64,000 bases of DNA from Octopus vulgaris (lineage: Eukaryota). Made by a program: the position numbers and the translations under genes. Numbering within the stretch: the stretch's first letter is position 1; each line of letters opens with the position of its first letter. The DNA is taken from NCBI GenBank assembly GCA_951406725.2, contig OX597832.1:52886001-52950000 (forward strand), written 5' to 3'. Below, in pieces: positions 1 to 64,000 of the stretch. Below the pieces are notes generated by a model. It saw only the letters and a list, made by a program, of their open reading frames with translations. It was not told where the DNA came from and searched no databases.

Positions 1-261
1 ACATTGTGGTGATCATATTACCCTCTCCGCTGACCTTACTATTTTTACATGTCCATAGATTCTGATGGTGTTGAAAGCAGAGGCAGACAAGGTTAACTCA
101 ATCTGCATTGTTCCTCTACGCTTAGATTTGTGGGCGTGTCACCCAGCACAGTATTTGGGCCCAGTGTCGTGGATGTTTCTGTAGCTATGTGTCCTTTGTG
201 TTTGCCCACCATGAGTGTTTTTAGCTTGCTGTTGTAATAGTATTACAAGTTGTTGTATACA

Positions 262-478
262 TACTCTTTACTCTTTTACTTGTTTCAGTCATTTGACTGT
301 GGCCATGCTGGAGCACCGCCTTTAGTCGAGCAAATCGAACCCAGGACTTATTCTTTGGAAGCCTAGTACTTATTCTATCGGTCTCTCTTTGCCAAACCGC
401 TAAGTTACGGGGACGTAAACACACCAGCATCGGTTGTCAAGCAATGCTAAGGGGACAAACACAGACACACAAACACAT

Positions 479-565
<87 letters not shown>

Positions 566-730
566 TATGACAGGCTTCTTTCAGTTTCCGTCTACCAAAT
601 CCACTCACAAGGCTTTGGTCAGCCCGAGGCTATAGTAGAAGACACTTGCCCAAGGTGCCACACAGTGGGACTGAACCTGGAACCATGTAGTTGGTAAGCA
701 AGCTACTTACCACACAGCCACTCCTGTGCC
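262..730 (-). mobile_element. tRNA-derived SINE family A
   Basis: Head GGC(G/A)CAGGAGTGGCTGTGTGG (A box) and GGTTCAGTCCC (B box), CORE-like CCTTGGGCAAGTG, internal (AT)n, tail (GTAAAAGA)n. Confidence 0.85.
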
Positions 731-1221
731 TGTAGCTGTTTCATCACCATCATCACCATCATATGTCGGTTTTCCATGCTGGCATAGGTTGGAGGGTTTG
801 ACTGGAGCTGGTAACACCAGGGACCTCACCAGGCTCCATTATCTGTTCTGGCATGGTTTCTATGGCTGGATGCCCTTCCCAATGCCAACCACTCCACAGA
901 GTGTACTGGGTTCTTTTTATGTGGCACCAGCACCAGTGCTTTTAATGCCGTACTAGCACTAGTATCAATTCTGCTGTGGCAGACAGATCTTGAGTACAAC
1001 AAGGCACCAGATATTTTGATCCTCAGTCATCTCCTTCAGAAGGCTCAGTATCTTGAGATTGACCTTTATTACTTCATCCCATGTCTTCCTAGGTTTCCTT
1101 CTTCCACAAGATCCATCCACTATAAGCATTTAGAGATGGTTATTCACATAGACAAAGACTGTGACATTTGAAGCTTACTGCGGCAACAAACTATGCTTCT
1201 CACATGTCTAGCTCTCTTTCA

Positions 1222-1602
1222 TCTCTCTCTATATAAACGGCAGTTTGTCTGTCTGCGTGTCTGTGTGTCTGTTAGGTTGTACCCTCACCCTGACCACGGC
1301 TTTCAACCGATTCTGATGAAACTTGACACACACATAGCCCAATGTCATAATTCAAAACTAACGCAGCGAAAATTTTGAAAAGTTCCCCCAGTTCTGAAAA
1401 AAATCGATAAATTCGACATGGGGTGAGAATCAGAAACACAAACCACAGACTGTCTAGGGGACGCAACTCGACCTTTTTAACTCAAAAAAATTTGCCATAA
1501 TTTTTTTTTCCATTTTTTTGCTATTTTTTGGCTATAACTCTCTAAAAATGCTTTATAGTTATTTCCCTTACAAACCCGAGCAACGCCGGGCGATACTGCT
1601 AG
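1222..1602 (+). mobile_element. Non-autonomous Helitron
   Basis: A|TC...CTAG|T termini, subterminal hairpin cccgagcaacgccggg, no TSD. Confidence 0.75.
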
Positions 1603-1630
1603 TTTTTAATATTTTTGCTTCGTTGTGTAG

Positions 1631-1671
1631 GTGGTCTGTTGATGGAATCTGTACTCCATCTGGTTTGACCA
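1631..1671 (+). CDS. Candidate upstream AK9 exon (WSVDGICTPSGLT)
   Basis: Pyrimidine-rich acceptor ...ttcgttgtgtag and a gtaagt donor. It ends in phase 1, compatible with exon A, but has no homology support. Confidence 0.3.
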
Positions 1672-1749
1672 GTAAGTGTGTCTTTTATAGCTTGTTATGG
1701 TTTATTGTGAAGACGCCTGGATGGTTCCAACTGATTTGGAGGAACACAT

Positions 1750-1809
1750 CATAAGATGAGAGACCATTTGAGATGATCATGATCATCTCAAATGGTCTCT
1801 CATTTTATG
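1750..1809. repeat. 60-bp loopless palindrome
   Basis: cataagatgagagaccatttgagatgatca|tgatcatctcaaatggtctctcattttatg; one mismatch. Confidence 0.93.
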
Positions 1810-2824
1810 TGGTGTACCACCATATTAATGCAAGCCCCTGGCCATTAATTGGAAGGCATGGAGGTCCAAATTTTTTGCTGGAGTGATGTGATACACTTTG
1901 TGATGTGATACACTTTGAAACTGAATGCAAAGGATTTCATGAAGAGAGGAGGAGACGTCATCAAACCGCTGTAGCTGTTGTTTGGAGGTCACTTTTAGTG
2001 CCCTCGATGCCACAGGATCTACCTGTCTCATATCGGTCTTGTCAGTGACAGCCACTCCTATGAGACACAATGTGCTGGTGGCAGAGGAGAAGCAATTTCT
2101 TGTATCAACACTGTCATCACCATTGATGGGTTGTTATAAGCAAATAAGCACTGGGACAGTGTGGGAGATGGCAGCTAGGTGGGCCTGGTATAATCTATAT
2201 GTGTTGTCAGTTGATACTTTTAATTTCCTGCTCTTGTATAGAATGGAGAAAGTCTTCAAGATAAAACACTTGTTGGTCCTCTATGACATATTTTAGCTGT
2301 GGTTTATTCCCTCTTTTCCCAATGTTTTTGCTTCCCTCTAAGGATTTTTCAATGTTCCTAAATTAGAGTCCATGGTCTTTTGTTTTATCTCTCTCCTCAA
2401 CTGCATCAGCTATCCTGTTGTTGTTTTCACTTTCATTGTGTAAACTTGAGCAAGATTTCTGCTGGTGATGTACTATTACAGTGCTACATTCCAGTTCTCT
2501 CATATGATGTTGTTAATGATTTAAGGCGCCAGCTACTTCCATGTATTGGTAATATATCACCATCTCCATTGACGTTGATGTTTTCTATGCTACCAAGCAG
2601 TTTTTTTAAAGTTCTTTACATTCATCTTGCTAAATTCTTGGTTAAGTTTGAATAGCAATTACTGATGAAATGCTTGTCTGTGCCACTGGTTTTTTTCTTC
2701 AAAGTACTTCTCTAGTTGAGAATATGTCAGCTGCCTACTTAGAAATATAAGCCCTTCACTGGAATTCAAACAGCAAGATAGTCACATAGCTATGCATATA
2801 AACTCACATATGAAATGTATACAA

Positions 2825-2866
<42 letters not shown>

Positions 2867-3514
2867 TAACATTAATATGCAACATATATGCTTGCACATC
2901 TATAAGTACATATATTTCATGTCATTGTGTTTATATATGCCTTGACAATTATATCAACACATATTTCTGTGTCAGTGTGAATGAATACCTACACGTGTTA
3001 TGGGCTGTTTTTTAGAACACATTTTTACATAATCTCTTCATGACTCCTCCTTGTACGAAACAGTCGTGCTACGATATATTAACCAAGTGTCTCTGAGACT
3101 GCAAGGAAACATTAAAAGTCCTAATCCTATAAGTTTCTCACTACTTTGTTTATAAACATCCTCCAGCAGGACTAACATTTCTCGTATTTATCATGTTTCC
3201 AGCTTATTGAGGTCATTCACAAAGAGTTTCTAAGTGAAGATGTTGTATCAGTTTTTTTCTGCAGTTGATCACATAACTTTCAGGTTCCTTCATCAGAAAC
3301 TAGAGCAGGTTCTGCTGCTGCTGCTAAAAATAGCATCACGACCTATTTATCTCATCAACAACAATGATCTTTGTTCTTTCTTTCTTTCTTTCTTCAAGAT
3401 GAAGATGGTTTGTCTGTAACCTTCCTTTCTTGTTTTTCTGGGGCTTCAGCATGAGTGATGAACATAACCGACTTTTTTTTTTGTAATCCAGCCAAACTCA
3501 GATCAAATTCTTCC

Positions 3515-3915
3515 AATGTGGTGGTGATGGTGATGCTGGTAATTGTGGTGGTGGTCATGGCCTTGCTCGTGATGGTTGTGGTTTGGGTGGTCGTAGTGGT
3601 GGTGGAAGTGATGGTGGTGGTGGTGGTAGTGGTGGTGGTGGTGATGGTGGTAGTGGTGGTGGTGGTGGTGGTGCTGCGGATGCTGGTGTTGGTGGTAATG
3701 ATGCTGAGGGGTGGGCGTGGTAGTAATAACTGTGGTGATGATGATGGTGCTGGTGCTGGTGCTGCTGGTGGTGCTTGCTCTGGTAGTGATGAAGATGGTG
3801 GTGGTGGTGGTGATGGTATCGTGATAAGGAGTATGATTACAACAACATACCACATGACTCCCAGTACATCGTCGTCATCATCATCATCATCATCATCACC
3901 ACCATCATCATCATT
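3515..3915. repeat. Imperfect (GGT/GAT)n then (CAT)n trinucleotide tract
   Basis: Low-complexity sequence seen directly. Confidence 0.9.
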
Positions 3916-4451
3916 AGGTTGAGCCTGTTTAGATTTGCATGAACCTCCACCCATCACTGCCCTCCATGTCATATGGTAGTTTCTCGTGGTAACCTCCTGA
4001 TTCATCTGTACACTGCCTGTTATATGTCTTCACACGGCCATTAATCCAACTATAACCAGCATCATCACCACCACATCCACTGTCACCACCACCACCATTA
4101 CCATAAGTATGGTATCACTAACCAACCCCTCCTTACTTCTCCACCAATGTCCAGCAGAATTAACTCTTCTTTCTCTAATGATGTATGATACTTTTAGGAT
4201 GTTTATTGTATAATCTTTCTTTGGGAGAGTGTTCCTCTGAGGCCATGGCGCAAAACATCTACCCAGAGGTACCGTCCAGCATAGTTTCACCCTTTTTGGT
4301 TGGCATTCAATTGGAAGAACACCAATGCAACCTTATGTATTCGTACTGTCTTGAATATGTCCTCCACACTTCAGTGGTTTATAACATGGAAGATGGCTTC
4401 ATCTTCCAGATACCCAGCTTTTATGATAACAGGTATAGATTATACTGATGA

Positions 4452-4484
<33 letters not shown>

Positions 4485-4517
<33 letters not shown>

Positions 4518-4831
4518 AATTATTGTATACAGTGCTCAGGTGCACCACAACTTGTCAGAAAGTGCGTATAAAGTGTATGCAGTAATATACAAATGTCTGG
4601 AAAGCGAACAATGTATGAGTCAGATACATGCTTGTGTGTGTATGGAGGGGAGGAAATCAGGTGTAGTGTTGGCGAATCTCAGAAAGCATGGAAGTTTTGA
4701 AGGATGCAGTACTCCGACAACTAACAACTGATGCCGGCAGTTTGTTCCATGCTTCAGCAACTCTCAGCATGAAAAAATGTTTCCTAAAGTCATGGGAGCT
4801 GTGCTGTTTTCTGACTTTGTAAATATGTCCA
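4485..4831 (-). mobile_element. CR1-clade LINE 3' end
   Basis: Minus strand reads GHIYKVRKQHSSHDFRKHFFMLRVAEAWNKLPASVVSCRSTASFKT...*, then an (ATT)n tail. Further copies at about 16630-16980 and 51045-51262. Confidence 0.85.
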
Positions 4832-5103
4832 ATGATAAACGTCGCCCTTTTTAAGCCTAGCCAGGCTCATAGGCCCAGTTTCCCGGTTTCTGTGGCATAT
4901 GTGTTCCCCCCAGCTGGATGGGACGCCAGTCCATCGCAGCATTACTCAAGAAACAGGAAGGGAGAGTGAGAGCAAGTTGGGGCAAAAGAGTACAACAGGG
5001 GTCGACACCACCCCCTGCCTGAGCCTCCTGATGCTTTTAGGTGTTTTTGCTCAATAAACACACACAACGCCAGTCTGGGAATCGAAACCACGATCCTCCA
5101 ACC

Positions 5104-5337
5104 ATAAGGTAGCGAGCTGGCAGAAACGTTAGCACGCCGGGCGAAATGTGTAGCCGTATTTCGTCTGCCATTACGTTCTGGGTTCAAATTCCGCCGAGGT
5201 CGACTTTGCTTTTCATATTTCGGGGTCGATAAATTAAGTACCAGTTACGCACTGGGGTCAATGTAATCGACTTAATCCGTTTTTCTGTCCTTGTTTGTTC
5301 CCTCTGTGTTTAGCCCCTTGTGGGTAGTAAAGAAATA
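5104..5337 (+). mobile_element. SINE family C nested in a SINE B
   Basis: Head GCGAGCTGGCAGAAACGTTAG / GGTTCAAATTCC; central domain like GCCTTTCATCCTTTCGGGGTCGATAAA; TSD gatcctcc(a/g)acc at 5092-5103 and 5338-5349. Confidence 0.8.
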
Positions 5338-5620
5338 GATCCTCCGACCGTGAGTCCACTGCCCTAACCACTGGGCCATTGCGCCTCCACACTGATGACT
5401 TAGCTCTAACATAAAAAGCAATTGCTGGAACCATTACCTTACTTTATCATCTGGAAGAGAACCAGGGAAGATTTTGGATTCTATGGTAGTGCTAGGAAAA
5501 GATAGAATTCATCAGAGACAATTTGGAAGGTGACATCACCTCATTGTCTGGAAGCTTAATAAAAACCAATGAGTACTTTCCTGTTCCTTGGGAACAACAT
5601 GTTATCAACAGAAGTAAATG

Positions 5621-5708
5621 AAAACCTTTACCTTGTTATTTAACGGTTATACCATGGTTTCAAATTTGAAACCATGGTATAACTGTTAAATAACAAGGTA
5701 AAGGTTTT
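5621..5708. repeat. 88-bp loopless palindrome
   Basis: aaaacctttaccttgttatttaacggttataccatggtttcaaa|tttgaaaccatggtataactgttaaataacaaggtaaaggtttt; one mismatch. Confidence 0.95.
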
Positions 5709-6279
5709 TATTTTTCATTTACTTTGAAATTTGCTATAAAATTATGGTTTTTGGCCATGTTGGCTGCTATTTCTAGCATGTAAAAATTTCCTGTTAAAGG
5801 GTAATTTTCTATTTTGAAATACAAATATGTTGTCTATTGACTTTTTATACATGCTAGGCCACTGGTGGTGATATTTATAACAAGTATTCGCCACCCTATA
5901 TATATGTTATCAACAGAGGTAGATGAAAGCTTGGGAAGCTCTTAAATGTCTTGGCGTAATAAGGAAGCCTAAACTCTCTGAGATTCTGAAAAAGGGTCTT
6001 CTTCTGTGCAGTGTTACATCAAACATAGATGTACTGAAATCTGACTTCATTGAACCTTCCTTTTGTTACAGCTGTATCTTGTCTGCAATAATAATTAAAA
6101 GAATCTGTTAAAATAATCAAAATAACTGGGGGGTTTTAATTTATACTCAAATGTAACATCAATAAACGAGTAAACATAAAAACCACTTTGCGTTTCACTA
6201 CCATTCATTCTTAAAATAATAACTATACCATGTTAACTACACTTATACATACATGCATGCATACATACATACATACATG

Positions 6280-6337
<58 letters not shown>

Positions 6338-6344
6338 TATATAT

Positions 6345-6396
<52 letters not shown>

Positions 6397-6399
<3 letters not shown>

Positions 6400-7245
6400 G
6401 TAGGAGTGGCTGTGTGGTAAGTAGCTTGCTTACAAACCACATGGTTCCGGGTTCAGTCCCACTGTGTGGCACCTTGGGCAAGTGTCTTCTACTATAGCCT
6501 TGGACCGACCAAAGCCTTGTGAGTGGATTTGGTAGATGGAAACTGGAAGAAGCCCGTCGTAAATATGTATTTATATATGTATGCGTGTGTATGTTTGTGT
6601 GTCTGTGTTTGTCCCCTCAACATCACTTGACGACCGATGCTGGTGTGTTTTCGTCCCCGTAACTCAGTGGTTCGGCAAAAGAGACCAATAGAATAAGTAC
6701 TAGGCTTAGAAAGAATAAGTCCTGGGGTCAATTTGATTGACTAAAGGCGGCGCTCCAGCATGGCCACAGTCACATCACTGAAACAAGTAAATGAGTATAT
6801 CTATACACACACACACACACACATATGCATATACTCACACATATACACACAAGTAAAAAATTGCACTGAAGGACGACAAAGGATCACAGAGAAAAAAATC
6901 AAACACAAGACAAGGACATGCATATTCCTTATCATTTATCAACGAAAAATCCTCACAATTTTATGCCATTATTGATACGATTGATAATTTTGGTATTTTG
7001 GTGACACTGACTGCAAAACACTATTGGAATAAGTGAGTGGACAAAACAAATAAATCTTTTTATTTCTAGAAACCAGTATAGGTGCAGGAGTCGCTGTGTG
7101 GTAAGTAGCTTGCTTACCAACCACATGGTTGCGGGTTCAGTCCCACTGCGTGGCATCTTGGGCAAGTGTCTTCTGCTATAGCCCCGGGCCAACCAATGCC
7201 TTGTGAGTGGATTTGGTAGACAGAAACTGAAAGAAGCCTGTCGTA

Positions 7246-7284
<39 letters not shown>

Positions 7285-7510
7285 GTATGTGTGTGTGTGT
7301 TTGTGTGTCTGTGTTTGTCCCCCTAGTATTGCTTGACAACTGATGCTGGTGTGTTTACGTCCCCGTAACTTAGCGGTTCAGCAAAAGAGACCGATAGAAT
7401 AAGTACTGGGCTTACAAAGAATAAGTCCCGGGTTCGATTTGATCGACTAAAGGCGGTGCTCCAGCATGGCCGCAGTCAAATGACTGAAACAAGTAAAAGA
7501 GTAAAAGAAT
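6397..7510 (+). mobile_element. Two SINE family A copies (about 6397-6797 and 7081-7510)
   Basis: Same head, body and tail as 262-730. Confidence 0.85.
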
Positions 7511-7708
7511 AAGAATATTCATTAACTAATATTAGATCATTAAGCAAAACTGTCCAACCCATTGCCAGCATGGAAAATTGAACTTTGACATGATGATGGT
7601 GACGACGGTGACCTCCCCCACAAAAACTGACCTTTACAATGCTGCTTATAATCAATGAGGAAAGGTCATTCCACAAGCATGTCTGCTAACTGTTATATCT
7701 AACATCAC

Positions 7709-8094
7709 AGAGGCGCAATGGCCCAGTGGTTAGGGCAGCGGACTCGCGGTCATAGGATCACGGTTTCGATTCCCAGACCGGGCGTTGTGAGTGTTTATTG
7801 AGCGAAAACACCTAAAGCTCCACGAGTCTCCGGCAGGGGATGGTGGTGATCCCTGCTGTACTCTTTCACCACAACTTTCTCTCACTCTTACTTCCTGTTT
7901 CTGTTGTACCTGTATTTCAAGGGGCCGTCCTTGTCACTCTCTGTGTCACGCTGAATATCCCCGAGAACTACATTAAGGGTACACGTGTCTGTGGAGTGCT
8001 CAGCCACTTACACGTTAATTTCACGAGCAGGCTGTTCCGTTGATTCGGATCAACCGGAACCCTCGTCGCCGTAACCGACAGAGTGCTTCCATCC
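7709..8094 (+). mobile_element. tRNA-derived SINE family B (tail type 1)
   Basis: Head GGCGCAATGGCCCAGTGG / GTTTCGATTCCC; TSD atatctaacatc at 7695-7706 and 8095-8106. Confidence 0.85.
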
Positions 8095-8260
8095 ATATCT
8101 AACATCTACATTTAGTACAATAAAGCAGAAATTAAGCCAGAATCAACTGAGATCTGATGAATCTCTGATCTGATGTAACATCAGAACTTATTTGCTCATC
8201 AACCCACAATAGAATTGCCACGTTTACAGTATAAGTGACCGAGGAATTTCTTTATCTGTA

Positions 8261-8649
8261 GGTAGTAGGAGCACTCCGTTGATTACGACGATGAGGGTCC
8301 CAGCTGATACGATCAACGGAACAGCTTGCTCGTGGAATTAACGTGCAAGTGGCTGAGCATTCCACAGACACGTGTACCCTTAACGTAGTTCTTGAGGAGA
8401 TTCAGCGTGACACAGGGTGTGACAAGGCTGGCCCTTTGAAATACAGGTACAACAGAAACAGGAAGAAAGAGTGAGAGAAAGTTGTGGTGAAAGAGTACAG
8501 CAGGGTTCACGACCACCCCCTGCGGGAGCCTTGTGAAGCTTTAGGTGTTTTCGCTCAATAAACACTCACAATGCCCGGTCTGGGAATCGAAACCGCGATC
8601 CTACAACCGCGAGTCCGCTGCCCTAACCACTGGGCCATTGCGTCTCCAC
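8261..8649 (-). mobile_element. SINE family B (tail type 1)
   Basis: Reverse copy; TSD tctttatctgta at 8249-8260 and 8650-8661. Confidence 0.85.
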
Positions 8650-9108
8650 TCTTTATCTGTAAAGCGTTAAAGAACAAAGAATCTAACAATGGTGTACACT
8701 GCGACAAGGAAAACACACACTCCACACATACATGCACACACACACACACACATGTAGACATGCATGCACACACACATGCACGGACGGACAGACACATACA
8801 CACACACGGTGAAACACTTTCAAACAAACATCTGTATACACAAATGCAGACATATATGCAAACACACACACACACACACACATTCTTTTTTATGCATGCT
8901 CACATGCACACAGACTCATACATTCACATGCATGCTCACTCACACACACACACAAACATGCACACACGAACATGTATACACAAACACAGCCACATGCAAA
9001 CATACACGCATACACAAATTCTCTTACACATGCATACTCACACACATTAAAACATACATACACTCACACTCACACACACAAACACAAATGTACATAAGCA
9101 TACACATA

Positions 9109-9500
9109 GGCGCAGGAGTAGCTGTGTGGTAAGTAGCTTGCTAACCAACCACATGGTTACGGGTTCAGTCCCACTGCGTGGCATCTTGGGCAAGTGTCTT
9201 TTGCTATAGCCCCGGGCCGACCAATGCCTTGTGAGTGGATTTGGTAGACGGAAACTGAAAGAAGCCTGTCGTATATATGTATATATATATGTGTGTGTGT
9301 CTGTGTTTGTCCCCCAAGCATTGCTTGACAACTGATGCTGGTGTGTTTACGGCCCCGTCACTTAGCAGTTCGGCAAAAGAGACCGATAGAATAAGTACTG
9401 GGCTTACAAAGAATAAGTCCCGGGGTCGATTTGATCGACTAAAGGCGGTGCTCCAGCATGGCCGCAGTCAAATGACTGAAACAAGTAAAAGAGTAAAGAG
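9109..9500 (+). mobile_element. SINE family A
   Basis: Full-length copy about 135 nt upstream of exon A. Confidence 0.85.
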
Positions 9501-9634
9501 TATACTCACACAAATACACATAAACACACGCACACACACACATATACATACGCACACATTATACATTCTACATTTCTACAAAACTAAATTTAGTTCTTGA
9601 TGTAAATTCTCTTCACTTTTTTGCTTTCATCCAG

Positions 9635-62519
<52,885 letters not shown>

Positions 62520-62819
62520 GTTTGTAATATAAATCAATTTATCAACAATACTATTTTAATAACTGAAAATTACAATTTGGTTGCTAATTTAATCCTTAGG
62601 AGATGACAGGGCTGATCTATCAACTGAAAAGTGAAATGATGAAGAAGATTGTATTAGTTCTTTCAATTTCCTACAAGAATATGTATAGTTTTATATACGT
62701 AAATTAATTTATTTCAAAAAAGGTTTTTTTGAAAAATAACCAGTCCATTTAAGTGTACCCTTCAATCATTGGGCAATAAACTGTGCATGAGAAGACCTCT
62801 TGAGTCAAGTGAAATCATT

Positions 62820-64000
62820 GTCATGGCTGATGCCAGTGCTGCCTGATTGGCTCCTATGCTGGTAGCACGAAAAAAGCACCATTCAAGCATGGTCAATGCC
62901 AGTAATGCCTGACTGGCTCCTGTGCAAGTGGCACATAAAAAGTACCATTCAAGCATGGTTGTTGCCAGTGCCACCTGACTAGTTCCTGTGCTGGTGGAAT
63001 GTAAAAAGCACCATTCAAGCGTGGCTGTTGCCAGTGCCACCTGACTAGCTCCTGTGCAAGTGGCACATAAAAAGTACCATTCAAGCATGGTTGTTGCCAG
63101 TGCCACCTGACTAGCTCCTGTGCAAGTGGCACATAAAAAGTACCATTCAAGCATGGTTGTTGCCAGTGCCACCTGACTAGCTCCTGTACTGGTGGCATGT
63201 AAAAAGCACCATTCAAGTGTGGCTGTTGCCAGTGCCGCCTGACTAGCTCCTGTGCTGGTGGAATGTAAAAAGCACCATTCAAGCGTGGCTGTTGCCAGTG
63301 CCACCTGACTAGCTCCTGTGCTGGTGGCACGAAAAAGCACCATTCAAGCGTGGTCAATGCCAGTAATGCCTGACTGGCTCCTGTGCAAGTGGCACATAAA
63401 AAGTACCATTCAAGCATGGTTGTTGCCAGTGCCACCTGACTAGCTCCTGTGCTGGTGGCACGAAAAAAGCACCATTCAAGCGTGGTCAATGCCAGTAATG
63501 CCTGACTGGCTCCTGTGCAAGTGGCACATAAAAAGTACCATTCAAGCATGGTTGTTGCCAGTGCCACCTGACTAGCTCCTGTACTGGTGGCATGTAAAAA
63601 GCACCATTCAAGTGTGGCTGTTGCCAGTGCCGCCTGACTAGCTCCTGTGCTGGTGGAATGTAAAAAGCACCATTCAAGCGTGGCTGTTGCCAGTGCCACC
63701 TGACTAGCTCCTGTGCTGGTGGCACGAAAAAGCACCATTCAAGCGTGGTCAATGCCAGTAATGCCTGACTGGCTCCTGTGCAAGTGGCACATAAAAAGTA
63801 CCATTCAAGCATGGTTGTTGCCAGTGCCACCTGACTAGCTCCTGTGCTGGTGGCACGAAAAAGCACCATTCAAGCGTGGTCAATGCCAGTAATGCCTGAC
63901 TGGCTCCTGTGCAAGTGGCACATAAAAAGTACCATTCAAGCATGGTTGTTGCCAGTGCCACCTGACTAGCTCCTGTGCTGGTGGCATGTAAAAAGCACCA
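62820..64000. repeat. 65-66-bp tandem array with higher-order structure, runs off the window
   Basis: Unit about gtgctggtggcacgtaaaaagcaccattcaagcgtggctgttgccagtgccacctgactagctcct. Confidence 0.95.

Larger units (their letters stand above)
4290..5560 (+). pseudogene. Decayed RTE-type reverse-transcriptase fragment split by a later insertion (4456-5390)
   Basis: SSRYPAFMITGIDYTDDL|AL resembles the RTE RT catalytic region (xDYADDxAL); the reading resumes after the duplicated target at 5403. Confidence 0.55.

Noticed and set aside
59-91. Possible small upstream exon (ag|ATTCTG...CAAG|gt)
   Set aside because: Weak donor (gttaac), no homology support, and it is not phase-compatible with the 1631-1671 candidate.
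3270-3305. Minus-strand CTGATGA-agg-aa-cct-GAAA hammerhead-like core
   Set aside because: The stem II loop is only 2 nt and no stem I pairing is possible; probably chance.
3394-4005. 203-aa minus-strand ORF containing a myristoylation-like MGGGSCKSK
   Set aside because: Most of the ORF is trinucleotide repeat open in several frames. I found no convincing splice structure or domain.
7709-7785. tRNA genes at SINE heads
   Set aside because: A and B boxes are present, but each head runs into a SINE body and I could not fold a full cloverleaf.
62762-63961. Repetitive minus-strand ORFs up to 281 aa
   Set aside because: They come from the 66-bp satellite, with frameshifts at A-runs.

Overview
Eukaryotic, AT-rich, repeat-dense genomic DNA, most likely Octopus (inferred from the SINE families, RTE tails and CAT/AT/AC microsatellites). 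The window is almost all one + strand gene, adenylate kinase 9 (AK9). I assembled 20 GT-AG coding exons by hand (9635-62519; 3080 nt, about 1026 codons) with consistent splice phases. They encode two P-loops (GKPGAGKT, GLPKSGKT), two CPV/YHS-like modules and long acidic tracts. I did not find the start codon, and the gene continues past the right edge. The introns hold four tRNA-derived SINE families, RTE and CR1 LINE 3' fragments, non-autonomous Helitrons, piggyBac-like and hAT-like MITEs, minisatellites and microsatellites. Most ORFs in the supplied track are repeat artefacts. The most unusual signals are: (1) minimal hammerhead-ribozyme motifs of the Penelope type on the sense strand of AK9 introns (49818-49863 looks intact; 37594-37628 is mutated); (2) long fold-back structures next to exons, including a near-perfect 139-bp-arm hairpin at 35725-36004 and two inverted SINEs sharing a triplicated target site at 52715-53410; (3) a SINE-CR1 chimera flanked by one target-site duplication; (4) three tandem arrays grown from the same RTE 3' tail, one with higher-order structure. 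Everything was read by eye, so repeat boundaries are approximate and family names are recalled rather than searched.
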